Positions 14,000 through 28,463 of a DNA stretch of 64,000 nt are shown here, piece by piece. The position numbers were made by a program, and so were the translations under genes. This DNA is from Octopus vulgaris (Eukaryota), in the NCBI GenBank assembly GCA_951406725.2, contig OX597824.1, positions 28,148,001 through 28,212,000 of the forward strand. The letters run 5' to 3'. Every line of letters begins with the position of its first letter. Positions within the stretch are counted from its first letter, which is position 1. Below the pieces are notes generated by a model. It ran no database searches. It saw nothing but the letters and a program-made list of their open reading frames with translations, and was not told the DNA's origin.

Positions 14000-14279
14000 A
14001 AAGTAAAGTTTTTATTTTTCATTCCCTTCGAAATCGCTCTCAAATGTGGTTTTGGTCGTTTTGACTGCTTCTTCTAGCGTGTAAAACTACCTGTTAAAGG
14101 CAGTTTCTCTTGTGTTTAAATGCACACTATTATATATATATATATATATATAATGAGAGAGAGAGAAAGAGAGACAGACAGACAGAGAGGAAGTGAGAGA
14201 AACACACACGCATATATACATATACACAAAGATATATGTATATATGTAAATATGCCTATATATACATATATGTATACAT

Positions 14280-14326
<47 letters not shown>

Positions 14327-14369
14327 CACATATATACAGTATGTATATATATATATATAAATATAAGTT

Positions 14370-14429
<60 letters not shown>

Positions 14430-15429
14430 TGTAAATGAGGAGCCTTCTGAGAGCATTGTTAAGATCTCGGTGATAAGAAACTTACTTGGCGAGGGTGGTG
14501 GTTGGGTTGGGATGTACAAGAGAAGTTCTTTTCAGACAAGGTTGGAATGTTTGAGATAAACTATAAAGAAACAAGCACGAAAATTAATCGCAAAAGAGAA
14601 TGAAGAACAAAAGATCAGTGGAATGAAATATGACAGAACAAAAGGAAAATTCCCGAAGATTACGAAGAAAAAATGGTCGATTTTTAATATTGTAGTTCCT
14701 CTGTTAGGTTGGTTTGCGTTATTTCTTAGAAAGGTTATCTGGACATAGTAAGGCGGTGTTTCATGGTGCTAATCTAAGTGATTTCCATTCCAAAAGATGA
14801 AGATTATTGTTCTTGTTTAGTAAAATGTGAAATATATCTAACTACTTTTTAAACTTGATTGATGTTGTGATTTACCCCGGCTAGCAGATTATTCTACACA
14901 TTGAGGGCTTGTTATCTCAGGGAAGGAATTAGAAGAACGGAAAATATCTTTTACTTTGTTTTTGTTTAGATTGTTTTTCTTCGGTTTTTGTTTTTCTTTT
15001 ATGATTATATTTCTAAAGAGCTTTATACTGATGAATATGAATATGGCGAGTTGATATGAGGTGAGCCTGCTGACACCTCGCACCCGCAGTATCTTCTTCT
15101 TGTTTCAAGATAATAACGGCAAAATACACATAAAATTATTTTACACTAGAAATATTTTACTGCCAAGAATATGACACTGGTGAATATGAACCTGACTTCA
15201 GCAAGGAACTGGTATCTATAATTAAATTTGGAATATTGATTTTAAGATTACACACATGACAAAGAAACTCTTTAGGTGAAGTGGGGATTAGCCGAGGAAA
15301 TCTGGTACTTTATTTTATAGACCCCAGGTTTTATAGAAAGCAACTGCGTGATCTATAGTAAATGATCTCAAAGCGCAGAGACTTGTATAACACAAAAAAG
15401 TTTTGTGCCGTACTATACCGGTTCTAATC

Positions 15430-15750
15430 GCCGTCATCATCATCGCCATCATCGCCATCATCGTCATCATCATCAACAGCAGTGTTAAAATTCATAATCA
15501 ACAGCATGAAGATTCACCAGCAGCAGCATCGCTATGCCATCAACATCATCATCACCGACACCGACACCACTTCATCATCATCATCATCATCGTCATCATC
15601 ATCATCATCATCGTCATCATCATCATCATCATTGTCATCATCATTACCAACATCATCAACAACTATCACCAAGACTTTCACCACCACCACGACCACCTGC
15701 TTACAACAGTCGACGCCTACATTTTCATCATCATAATCATCAACAATAGC
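15430..15750. repeat. (CAT)n-rich low-complexity tract
   Basis: Direct reading. Confidence 0.9.
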
Positions 15751-15835
15751 ATGATTATTATAACCGCTTTACGCACATTTTCCCCCACTTTAGTATCAGT
15801 TAGGCCGGTTTTCTGGACTAATATTTTACAGCCGA

Positions 15836-16048
15836 AGGCGGTGACCTGGCAGGAACGTTAGCACTCCGGGCGAAATGCTTAGCGCTATTTCGTGTGCCGC
15901 TACGTTCTGTGTTCAAATTCCGCCGAGGTCGACTTTGCATTTCATCCTTTCGGGGTCGATAGATTAAGTACCAGGTGCGTACTTGGGCCCATCTAATCGA
16001 CTGGTCCCCTTTCCAAAAATTTCGGGCCTTGTGCCTAGAGTAGAAAAA
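15836..16048 (+). mobile_element. SINE family C
   Basis: Head aggcggtgacctggcaggaacgttagc..gttcaaattcc followed by the body gaggtcgactttgcatttcatcctttcggggtcgat. Many copies occur in the window. Confidence 0.85.
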
Positions 16049-17021
16049 ATATATTTTATAGCCGGAAGACAGCTTGTCACATAACCTTCATATTCACATG
16101 TTGCCATGCGTTGCTTTAGTTAAAATTGAATGCGTGGCATCTATTCTATGACACACACACACACACACATAAAGAAACGGAGAAGTAATTTCCATCAATA
16201 AGATTTTTAAATATTGTTTTTGTTGAAATGCCCTTAGTTTGGTGGAGGTGAGATGATAGCGAATGCGATCATTGCAATTTCTCCGATAATGGCCAAATTG
16301 ATGCTCTAAATATTTACGTGGACCAAGGGTCAGTCAAATACATTCGGGTAAACTTTGGAAGCGAGTGAATTTCAAGAACCTGGAATTTTGAGAGGGAAGG
16401 ATTCACTAAGTGATTAGTGCTGGACAAAGAAATGGCTAGCCGAATAACGCCCCGAAAGTTGGAGAGGCATGTGATGTTTTCTTTTTTTTATGGGGATCGT
16501 ACGAACCAAACAAGCTAAATCTGAAATCACTTCCGTCATCATTATGATTATCGTCACCGCCACCACCACCACCATCGCTACCACAACCACCACAATCACC
16601 ACCACCACCTCTTCATTTCACGTTAGCGATTAGAAAGCAGTGTCTTTCTGGGCTCCTAACTGGATTGAATTAATAAGTAGAATCTTTCAAATCAACTAAC
16701 CTCCGAAGAGTCAGGTACCGGCGTGTGGTAGTGACAGTGGCAGTTCTGTTTCATTACAAATGCGGAATGATGAGTGGGTTCTTGCCAATAAATTTGCGGC
16801 CTCTAATGGTCAGGTAAGGTTGCCGACCTTTCGAATGATTTAGAATAAAGAAATAGCGCGCCTACTGGCCATAATTTGTGGACCGGGGAGTTTATTTTGC
16901 TAAATTATTGAATGGGTATATGTGTGATTCAGAAATTATTGGTTTTGTGCGGAAGTCTAATGAGATAACGAAGGGACTATTTCTACACATTATTTTCTAT
17001 GATAGGCATGGACAGGTAACA

Positions 17022-17324
17022 TTTATTCGTTTCTACTCTAGGCAAAAGGCCCGAAATTGTTTTGGGGTTGGGACCCAGTCCTTGACGGAATTTGAACTCA
17101 AAACGCAATGGCAGATGAAATACCTAGGGGCTAAACACAGAGAGGACAAACAAGGACACACTAACGGATTAAGTCGATTATATCGTCCCCAGTGCGTAAC
17201 TGGTACTTATTTAATTGACCCCGAAAGGATGAAAGGCAAAGTCGACCCCGGCGGAATTTGAACTCAGACGAAATACTGCTAAGCATTTCGCCCAGCGTGC
17301 TAATATTTCTCCCAGCTCGCTGCC
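17022..17324 (-). mobile_element. SINE family C (partly tandem)
   Basis: Reverse-complement match to 15836-16048 and 45860-46080. Confidence 0.85.
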
Positions 17325-17383
17325 TTAAGGAAGACTCTAATGATATATATAGAAAATGGACGTATGTGTACATAAGGGAGAAC

Positions 17384-17429
<46 letters not shown>

Positions 17430-18079
17430 GGTAGAACTTAGGCTAAACGTGGAGACCAGCTCTAATGGCAGAGTGCCACGAATACAGCAACTTCTTCAGC
17501 CAATATATAACTCATCGTATAAGATGTAGAACGGACTTTACTATGAGGAACAAGGAAATTATACGGGTATTACGTGTGTTAACATTAGAACACGATGTAA
17601 AACAGAAAGAAATTTATCTTTAGTCCTGTTAACACAGCATAAAAAGGAGATAACCTTTGTTATTTGGATAAATATAATCTATATTTAAAGGCATTGATAA
17701 GGATATCATTAAATTCTGTTTCAAATTTATCTTATTGAATATACAAATGTAGATAAGAACTTCTATAAGTTAGAAAGATTCTATATCTATACACAGACAT
17801 ATATGTATACATACATACAAATACATACGCGCACATATACACACACATATCTATATATATAAATACATATATATATTTGTATATATATGTACTTATATAT
17901 ACATATATCTGTATATATATATATACGTATATATATGTACGTATATATATCTGTATATGTATATATGTACGTATATACATCTGTATATATATATATACGT
18001 ATATATATATGTATACATACATATATATGTATCTAAGCATATTTCTATGCTTATATGAATTTATATATAGACACACATA

Positions 18080-18118
<39 letters not shown>

Positions 18119-19209
18119 CACGCAGATGCACACATATACAAAGACACACAGGGACTCACGCACATGTATGTAACTCGTAATGTGCGTATGCATTTATGTA
18201 TCGAAATATCTACATGTTCGTGCAAACACATGGGGAATCCATACACACTTGCGTGCACATGGTGATTACAACAACTGATAGACGAAAGAATGTGCGTGTA
18301 TGGGGGAGGGGGGGTTATGAGTATGTCTAAATATGTCTATGCATATACATATGTCTACATATTTACACAATATATGAATATATTTCGGTATACGGATTAA
18401 ATAGAATTTTTTATTAAAAGACATCATCATTTGCAAACAGGTGTGCCGTTTTCATTATACAAGAAACTCGTTAATTTTTGTCTCAAAAAAAAAAAGAGAA
18501 TGGAGAAAAGAATGATAGATAGACAAATAGTTATATGAATAGATAGAGGGAGACAACGAGAGAAAGAAAAAGAAAGAAAAAAGAAAGAGTGACTGAGAAA
18601 GTGAGAGAGTGGCGAACAAATGTAGTACAGAGGACATATATTGAAGTACAGAAGCGACCATACTCATAGGCAAGCAATATTGTAAATTACATACTTATTA
18701 AATATGTATTACATAGATACAAATATGTACATACACACATACACACCCATATATATATACATATATATATATATACATACAGGTATACATACACACACAT
18801 ATACATGTATATATATACATGTATACATATACAATTCTGTGTATACACATACAAAAAAATAAAATGCGCGGCCACACACAACGCACACTTAAACCATATA
18901 TATATGAATGCATATATATATATAGATATAGATATAGATACATACATACATATACGTATATATTTATACATATATATAATATACACACTCACGTATACAC
19001 ACACACACATATATATATATATATATGTCAATTTATGCAAATAAGGATAAGATCGATTTTTAAATACCGATCTTATCAGGTTGCCACCATGGGAATAAAA
19101 AACCTTCAAAGGTAATAATTATTATTAAAATTATAATTTAGGGTATCTAAGAGATACCATTACGCTGGAAATAGCAGCCAAAACTTGACTCTAAAACCAC
19201 ATTAAATGT

Positions 19210-19525
<316 letters not shown>

Positions 19526-19800
19526 TCCGTGTGTGGATGGACCGTTATGGGTTTGGGAGCGTAATACTAAGTTTTTGCGTTGATATCTATTCTATGTGGA
19601 ACTGGAATGCAGAGACACAGTAACACACAGGTATCGAAAAGAATTAAAGGAAGCAAAATTCCATGGCACGTTACCCGCAAGCAACTGATGATAACATAGT
19701 AATCCATAAAATAATGAGTATTTACATCTCCGTCTGTCTCACCGATAGTTAATTCTTGTCACTTTGTTCTTTCTTTCTTTCTTTCTTTCTTTCTTTATTT

Positions 19801-19831
<31 letters not shown>

Positions 19832-19917
19832 TCTCTCCTTCTCTCTCTCTCTATCTTTCACCATCAAACACTAGCTTCTGTTCTCTCCAACCTTTCTCAT
19901 ATGTATCTATCTTTTCT

Positions 19918-19991
<74 letters not shown>

Positions 19992-20230
19992 AGTGAGGGG
20001 GCCGGTGCGCATTGATGCCGTCGAGAGGTAGGCCCCGAAACGGCGCGCATTCTCTCCTGATGACCCCATACACTTGCTAGCTTCCGGTATACGGAGCTTT
20101 TAACTGGTAGCACTTGCATGTGCAAGTTGTTTGCAAGACATATATATATATATATTTGTCTGTTTGTCTCTCTATTTTCCAGTCTATCTTTCTATTTGTT
20201 TATTTATACATACATACATACATACATACA

Positions 20231-20264
<34 letters not shown>

Positions 20265-20515
20265 CGTACGAACATCCAACGACACAAACACACACACACA
20301 TACACAAATACACATATGCATGCAGATGTGAACACATAAACGCATACATATATTTGTATGTGGTTAAGCTTCTGTGTACTCTTGTTTTCCTGTGTGTGAG
20401 TGTGTGTATGGCTACACTTCATATATGTATGTATACATGCTTGTATACACACACACACACACACATATATATTTTTACTATATATTATCTTATATCTATC
20501 TATATATTTATTTAC

Positions 20516-20553
<38 letters not shown>

Positions 20554-20703
20554 CCATATATCGTATATGTATGCACACAGACGTACTTTAATATACATAT
20601 ATATATATATGTGCGCGTGTGTGTTTATATATGTATACATATGTATATGTATAAATATACAACTATTAATGTATATTCATATGTGTGTATGTGTGTATAT
20701 ATT

Positions 20704-20739
<36 letters not shown>

Positions 20740-21064
20740 TATAAACATATATGCATGTATGTGTATACACGTATATAGTAGAGAGGGTGCCGGAGAGGGG
20801 CTACGGAGCGGAGACTATTGTGTGACGTTAGTTTACCATGTTTCAAGAGAAATTAAAAGCTTTTTGACATACATTAATCTGATTAAAGACATTAGCAAAT
20901 CATAAATAGTAATTAGAACTCACATGACATGTCTAAGAAAGTATTATTTTATTACTTTTATGAATTATTGCCAAAAGTTGAGAGTGAAATTAGTTAAGGC
21001 TATGAGTTTAATAATTAAAGACAATGAAGCTGTGTTCTGATAATAACAAAATAATGAATTAGTA

Positions 21065-21198
21065 AACGACGACGGAGGCAGCGATGGCAACGACTATGAC
21101 GACGACGATCATGATCGTAATGATGATGATGATGATGATGATGAGGATGAGGAGGAGGATGACGATGACGATGATGATGATGATGATGATGATGATGT

Positions 21199-21234
<36 letters not shown>

Positions 21235-21253
21235 CGACGATGATGACGATGAC

Positions 21254-21321
<68 letters not shown>

Positions 21322-21890
21322 CGACGATGATGATGATGATGATGACGATGATGACGACGATGATGATTATGATGATGATGATGAAGAAGAAGAAGAGGGA
21401 GAGGAAGACGAGGAGATGCTGATGGTGGCTGTGGATGGGGACAATGACAGTGACGACGAGGGTGATAATGATGATGATGACGAGGATGATGATGTCGACG
21501 ACGATGATGATGATGATGAGGGAAGAGGAAGTGGAGGAGGTGCTGGCGTTGGCTGTGGATGGGGACAATGGCAGTGACGACGACGGTGCTGTTGATGATA
21601 ATGATGATGATGACGATGATGAAGAGGAAGGGGAAGAGGAATATGAGGAGGTGGTGGTGGTGGTGGAGGAGGATGGTGACAATGACGGTGACGTTGAATT
21701 TCATGATGTTGATGATCGGGATGATGATGATGTTGATGATGATGATGGGAGTGATGAGAGCGATGATGATGGGCACCATCACTACCATGATCATCATTAT
21801 CCTCCTCCTCCCCACCTCCTCTTTCTCCTCGTCAAAAACATCATCACCATCATCACCATCATCATCACCATCGTCAATATCATCATCATG
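21065..21890. repeat. (GAT)n/(GAC)n then (CAT)n compound microsatellite with a ~124-bp internal duplication
   Basis: tggctgtggatggggacaatg(a/g)cagtgacgacga occurs at ~21426 and ~21550. Confidence 0.9.
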
Positions 21891-22444
21891 AACGTCTTCA
21901 TTTCTTTATTAGCCATAACAGTTCCAAGTGGTGCATTAAAATTAACTGAAATTTAAAGAGAGTGCGGTTTACAATATGGCTAGACAGGAGGGTAGGAAGC
22001 ATGACGAGGGTGGGAGCGTTAAACAGTAGACGCATTGAAATCTCAAATAAATTGTGAAATAAACAATATTAATGGAACAATAATTAAAACCAGAGATAAA
22101 TTTAATTTCACAACACAGTGTGTAAGATAGCGCTGGAACTCTCTCCTTGGGTTTGTTCGACGTCTCACACAACTCAGCCTTTCAAATTTCACTCATGCTT
22201 CGTTGCGGTGTAACGAAACGCACCAGTTAGCATTTTTGTATAGAAGGGTGTATTAATATATATGTAGAAGGTATTGAATCATAAACTCATAACACAGACG
22301 TTGTGCATTTTGCCATTTTGTTTGTCCCAATTTTATAGCTCTCATCTTAAAAAGACTTCCGAATTTCTTGTAACTGGCGCTTGGGCGTAGCTTTGCTATA
22401 GGTATTTAGAAGCTTTACCTCGACTATTTCACTGCTGTGTGCTT

Positions 22445-22960
22445 TCCGGTTGTCCGGAAAGTTCGTACCGATTTATAGTAGCTTATCTTTCGACTTATTT
22501 TAGAACATGTTTGAGTCCATAAAATAGGATTTGACTACACCTCCATTTAGAACACAGTTTAAGCTATCTTTTCGTGGAAGAACGTTTATGTTCCTATAAC
22601 CTGTGTTAATTTTGTAACCCTTTAAAATGGAAGATAAGAAAGATCATTTTCGGCACTTGATGCTTTGGAAGCCTGACAAAAATTGCTGCAACTCGGCTGG
22701 GATGTGTTATCCCACCCTCCATATTCACCAGATATTGCTCCTTTGGATTTCCACTTATTCAGGTCTCTGCAGAATAGACTTAATGTTAAAAATTTTAATT
22801 CTTTGGATGACGTAAAACGATACCTTGCTGAATTCTTTGCTATGAAACCACCTCAATGCTGGGAAGAGGGTGTTTTCAAGTTAAAGGAAAGATGGAGACG
22901 CATTGTGCAACAAAATGGCTCATATTTGGTTGATTAAAAATGTAATGGCAAGTATTTAAT
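22445..22960 (+). mobile_element. Internally deleted mariner element
   Basis: N-terminus MEDKKDHFRHLMLW (22627) is joined directly to the C-terminus LGWDVLSHPPYSPDIAPLDFHLFRSLQ..RWRRIVQQNGSYLVD* (YSPDLAP motif). Confidence 0.92.
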
Positions 22961-22967
22961 ACTGATA

Positions 22968-23410
22968 ATTATTTCGCCCGGCATGCCAACGTTTCTTATT
23001 TCTTTATTGCCCACAAGGGGCTAAACATAAAGGGAAAAAACAAGGACAGACAAAAGGATTAAGTCGGTCACATCGAACCCAGTCTGCAACTGGTACTTAA
23101 TTTATCGACCCAGAAAGTATGATAGACAAAGTCGACCTCGGCGGAATTTGAACTTAGAACGTAACAGCAGACGAAATACCTATTTCTTTACTGCCCACAA
23201 GGGGCTAAACACAGAGGAGACAAACAAGAACAGCCATATGGATTAAGTCGATTATATCGACCCCAGTGCGTAACTGGTACTTAATTTATCGACCCCGAGA
23301 GGATGAAAGGCAAAGTCGACCTCGGCGGAATTTGAACTCAGGACGTAACAGCAGCCGAAATACGGCTACGCACTTCGCCCGGCGTGCTAACGGTTCTACC
23401 AGCTCGCCGC
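22968..23410 (-). mobile_element. SINE family C, tandem array
   Basis: The body module is repeated twice at a ~185-bp period. Confidence 0.9.
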
Positions 23411-24833
23411 ATTAATGTCAGCAACTTAATGACTAAAACAATTTTCTGAAATAGAGATAAAAGCATTTTAAATTAGCATCAATATTCACGCCATATTAGA
23501 GGCTCGGATTTTAAAATCATTAGCTATTTACAGCAAGAATCGAACTCAGATCTGTTCGGCATCATTCTCCATTCTTTACTTGTTTTAGCAACCACATTAC
23601 CCCGCTATTAATACTACCCCACCTCCCAGTCTATTTATGTGTAAAAGAAGTTTAAAAGCAGTGCATATTTTAAAATGTCTTTGTGTCTATATTGAATATA
23701 AAGCGATAGCATTGTTCAACTGCCATTTAATTACTAAGCAAATATCATACAATTCATCTGTCCTCCTCTGCAACCTTAGGGTCATTAACATGATTTATAT
23801 TTCAACTGTTGCGTTTATCATTTATTAAATGGCTTGCCTGTGAATAACACATGCTTTTGTTATATTTTATAGAACACAGAATAACCTCCAACCATTCTCG
23901 AGGTAGTGCTATCTTAATAGTAGAGATAATCTTCACGACAATAGAATTGGTTAAAGAAGTTTACCTCAGTAAAAGAGATATCTAAATGTCTATAGTTTAT
24001 AATATTTTCAATATGCAAACACCAGCGAGACGTGATGTTGTTCTATTGCTTTCTTTTATGATATCGTTTTTTTCTTTTCTTTGTTTTTTTTTCTTTGTTG
24101 TTGTTGTTCTGAATAATGCATAATTCCACTACTGCTACTCCTTCTATTTCCATTAACCACCACCTCCTTTAGGCTATATTAATGTATTCAGTATTTTATT
24201 TAATGCTTTTTTAATGATATTTTCGTCAGTTTAATATTCCAACTACCTGTTTGAGATAATACTTCATCTGGTGTGTTTCAGTAAAAATATTAATTATTAA
24301 ACGCAAAATTTTCCATTGCTTCGGTATCTTAATAGTTTTACTGATAAGCTTCAGAAGTGGTTTTTCCATAGTTGCAAACTGGCACTGTTCTAAAGTTTAG
24401 GTAAATAGCTGAAGGTGTTTTCAAAACGATTCCATTATAGATGATATGCCATTTACATAGAAATAAAGTTTACGCAATTTTGTATAGGCATTTATCGCAG
24501 TATTAAATGCGGACAAAGGTGACATATCTAGCACCAATAGCGTGACTGTTAATGTTGAACTGGTGAAGAGCGGAGGAGAGTGTTATTGTGGAACGGTTAG
24601 CGGTTGCGGTGATGGGGTTTTATCGTTGACAAGGGAGAGTCGTAGGTGAGATTGAGGCTGGCATTATGTTGCTGATTTCTCTTTGATGCACCGAATAAGT
24701 TATAAAAGCCGAGAAAATATATCATCTTCAGATGTAAAGGGACTTTATTAGGAGATAATATAAAATAAGCATATAAATGCAATAATTCATGTATGCACAC
24801 CCGTATGTGTGATCATATACATACATACATACA

Positions 24834-24905
<72 letters not shown>

Positions 24906-25684
24906 TGTATGTGTGTAATTTTCTTTTGTTGGTTGCGATATAAATATTTAAAATAAAACTTTTAAACACAGAAAGTTTGTTATGAACCTGTGTATAACAT
25001 TAACCATGTACATGTGTTTATCTGTGCGTATGCGTGTATGTGTGTGTGTGTGTGCGTGTGTGCGTCTGTGTGAGCGTGTATCTGCATATGTATGAACACA
25101 TTATACATGTATATAATATTTTTTTTTGCTATATGATGGGGTGGGCAGTGTATCTGACGGCATTAATTTGCTCTGACCTTAGACAATGTAGGAGAATAAA
25201 TAAAACAGACGAGAGATCGACTTGTCTAAAAAGAGAAGTTCTATGTAATGGCTGATGATATGTTTGTGTTTCGCTTCTAACCGTTGTAGGTCAAGAGAAA
25301 ATGGAAAAGGATGACCGAAACAGATTTGTAAAGGAGATAAGAACCAAAGAACGAGAGATGAATCACACGGTGACAGTTCATTGACTTTCTACTGACCTTT
25401 TTATACAAAGAAGAAACACTAGGAGTAATGGAGGAAAGTCAATGTGGTGTGGAGAAAATGGCGAAAGAAAAAATAATTGATGAGGGATCACACAGACGTA
25501 AAGAAAGAAGGAAAGAAAGAATGAAGAAGCAGAAGAAGTGAGGAGAAGGAAAAAGAAAGAAACAGAAAGAAAAGAAGCCATTCGTAACTATAAGAACCGC
25601 AAAAATGAAAACAACAGAGGAGAAGAACATTAAATATATCAGCTATAAACTCGTTAATATGTTGATGTGTGTGTGTATGCATAT

Positions 25685-25793
<109 letters not shown>

Positions 25794-25857
25794 TACAATA
25801 TATATACATACACATATGTGTATATAGATAAATACATATGTTTATGCATATATAATT

Positions 25858-25898
<41 letters not shown>

Positions 25899-26034
25899 TA
25901 TACATATATATGTGTGTGTGTGTGCGTGTCTGTTATCTGTATACACACATACACAAATATATATCATATATACATACATACTAACTAATATACATATACA
26001 TATATATACATATGTGTGTGTGGTGTGTTTGCGT

Positions 26035-26081
<47 letters not shown>

Positions 26082-26694
26082 CGCTTGTGTTTGTGTGTAT
26101 GTATGTGTGTGTATGTATATCATATTGAAAAAGGCAACATCAAAGAATTTTTCAGTTTCGGAAAAGTGACCGTGGCACGAGAAAGAATTTGTGAGATGGT
26201 GTAGCCGCTTTCATAGCGGTTAGGATAATTTAGCGGGAAAGAGGGGCTGTGAACAATGAAGAAATGGGTGTAAAAGAGATAAGATATATAAACAACAACA
26301 AGAACAATAACAATGGAAGGGGCCAAAATGATATGAGGAAATATGAAAAAGGCGTACAAAAATCGATGACCTTAATTCTAGATTCATACTTTCTCCTTTC
26401 TTAAATTTGCTCCCTTAGGCTTCTTAAGAGAAATCTTGCGCTTTCCATACAGCTACTTTAAAAGAGATATAATATTTTACTGTTGTGGACTTAATATGAT
26501 GATGACAAGGAATCAGAAATGAAAAATACGTTTAAAATTTCTTCGGGTCCGTGGATGTTGCGTTCGGTTAAACATTGAAAGAAAAAAATAAACGTCTCTT
26601 TTTCCCTCTTTGCTAATTAGTTTACTGGACGAGGTAAAGAGGAGCAAAGCCATAAATTCTATTGCTGTGTCCGTTATTGGAATATTGCTTTTTT

Positions 26695-26905
26695 TTCTTT
26701 TTATTCTTTTACTTGTTTCAGCCATTAAGCTGTGGCCATGTTGGGGCACCACTTTGGAGAATTTCAGTCGAACGAATCGATCCCCGCACTCTTAATTCTC
26801 TAAAGCCTGCTGCTAATTCTATCGATCTCTTATACAAACCCGCTAAATTACGAGGATGTAAGCATACCAGTACCGGTTTTGAAGCGCTGGTAAGGGACAC
26901 TCACT
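26695..26905 (-). mobile_element. SINE family B-related 3' fragment
   Basis: ttttacttgtttcagccattaagctgtggccatgttggggcacc. Confidence 0.7.
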
Positions 26906-26946
26906 GACATACACACACACACGCATATATTTATATATATATATAT

Positions 26947-27528
26947 ATACAATAAGAGGCTTCCAAATAGGAAAGCGTTGTGCTAGAAAGAGCAGTAGAA
27001 ATCTCAAAACCACAAGAAAAAGGATAATTTCTCGAAAGGAATGAAAATTAAAAACGTTTACAATCTCAACTATTTCCCAGAACATGGTTTCTAACTATTT
27101 CCAGCAAAAAAATATTCGCGGAAGGCCAGTCTTCATCAGTGGGATAGCCTTTAGAAATCAGACATACAGACAGCCAGATCCACACGTATAACTAACGGTT
27201 TGTATATCCTAACTTTTCAAACCACTGTGCAGACACAGATTATACCTGGCGACTTAGAGGATGCCGGTAAAAATTTCGAACAAATTTATCAAACAATATT
27301 TAAACATAATACATAGGGCAATAATAAATTATTACCAGTGGCCTAGCACAAAAAAAACGAATTAGTCATTAGACTATATATTATTCATATAGAAATACAA
27401 TAAGAGGCTTCCAAATAGGAAAGCGTTGTGCTAGAAAGAGCAGTAGAAATCTCAAAACCACAAGAAAAAGGATAAATTCTCGAAAGGAATGAAAATTAAA
27501 AACGTTTCCCCATCTCAACTATTTCCCA
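26947..27528 (-). mobile_element. Retrozyme-like element (family P2): ~449-nt monomer plus ~130-nt terminal redundancy, carrying an HHR
   Basis: Direct repeats at 26947-27079 and 27395-27528, HHR at 27075-27144, homologous to 12837-13115, no credible ORF. Confidence 0.75.
27075..27144 (-). ncRNA. Type I hammerhead ribozyme motif
   Basis: Minus strand: tccca-CTGATGA-a-gactg...tagtt-a-GAAAC-catg-TTC-tggga. Stem I tccca/tggga is perfect, and there is one mismatch in stem III. Confidence 0.75.
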
Positions 27529-28463
27529 TTCACGCTTCATCTTTATCAACAGTGCAAAAATGGGCAGCTGAATTTAGGAAAGGAAGGCAGAGTCTTGAAT
27601 ATGAACGACCTCTGGACGTCCTGCAACTAATACCACCCAGGAAAATATTGATCGTGCTCACCACGTGATGATGTATTAGCAAAAATAGCTAATGCGTTAG
27701 CCTTTTCCGTGAGAGTATTTAGAATATTCTACTTAATGAACATGGCATGGTGAAAGTTTCTGTTCAGTGGGTGTCACGTCTACTGGCCCTTGATCAAAAA
27801 CGCACCACGCTCATCATATCGCGAGAAAATCTAACACTGTTTGAGGCAAATCCAGTTGGTTTCCTTGAACGTTTCCTAAGGCAAGATGAGTGTTGCCTTT
27901 ACTACTTTGAACAAGAAACAAAGATAGAATTCGTGCAGTGGAAACACCCTTCTTCACTTGCTCCAAATAAGGCCAATGTCTTTTCATCCTCAGAGAAGTT
28001 GATGTAAAAGGCATTGTACTTTGTGATTATCTTTAAAATGACCACACTATCAATGGGTCAGGTTATGCCAACTTGCTGCGGTAGTTATGAATATCTGTTA
28101 AGGCCAAACGCCCTGGAAAGCTAATGAAAGAGATCTTGTTACATCAGGTCAATGTTCCAGCACACACGTCCTTCGTTTCAATGGCTGCTCTGCGTGATTG
28201 GCTTTGAACTGATTGATCATAATCCCTGTTCTCCTGATTTGACCCCAACTGATTACTAGCTGTCCTCCAACTTCAGAAACCTTTCTCTGGGAGGCAGTAT
28301 CCCAGTGATGATGACATCATATCTGTTGCTTCTTCAGCAATGGGAACCAAGCACTTCAACCCCGATTGAAGAAGTCTGTAGACCGCCAGGTGAACTATGC
28401 TGAAAAATAAACCGAATTTGCTTACATTCCATGAGATTATCTCTTTCAGCCTATGGACTCGTA
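27529..28463 (+). mobile_element. 5'-truncated, frameshifted mariner element
   Basis: STVQKWAAEFRKGR, VSVQWVSRLL (WVPRLL motif), QDECCLYYFEQETK (first catalytic D), and CSPDLTP (YSPDLAP) near 28225-28250. Confidence 0.9.

Noticed and set aside
14560-15110. Possible Penelope coding fragment
   Set aside because: No recognisable RT or GIY-YIG motif by eye; it needs tblastx.
21015-21956. Long poly-His/Met/Asp ORFs (up to 266 aa)
   Set aside because: They are translations of (GAT)n microsatellite, open in several frames, with no domain content.
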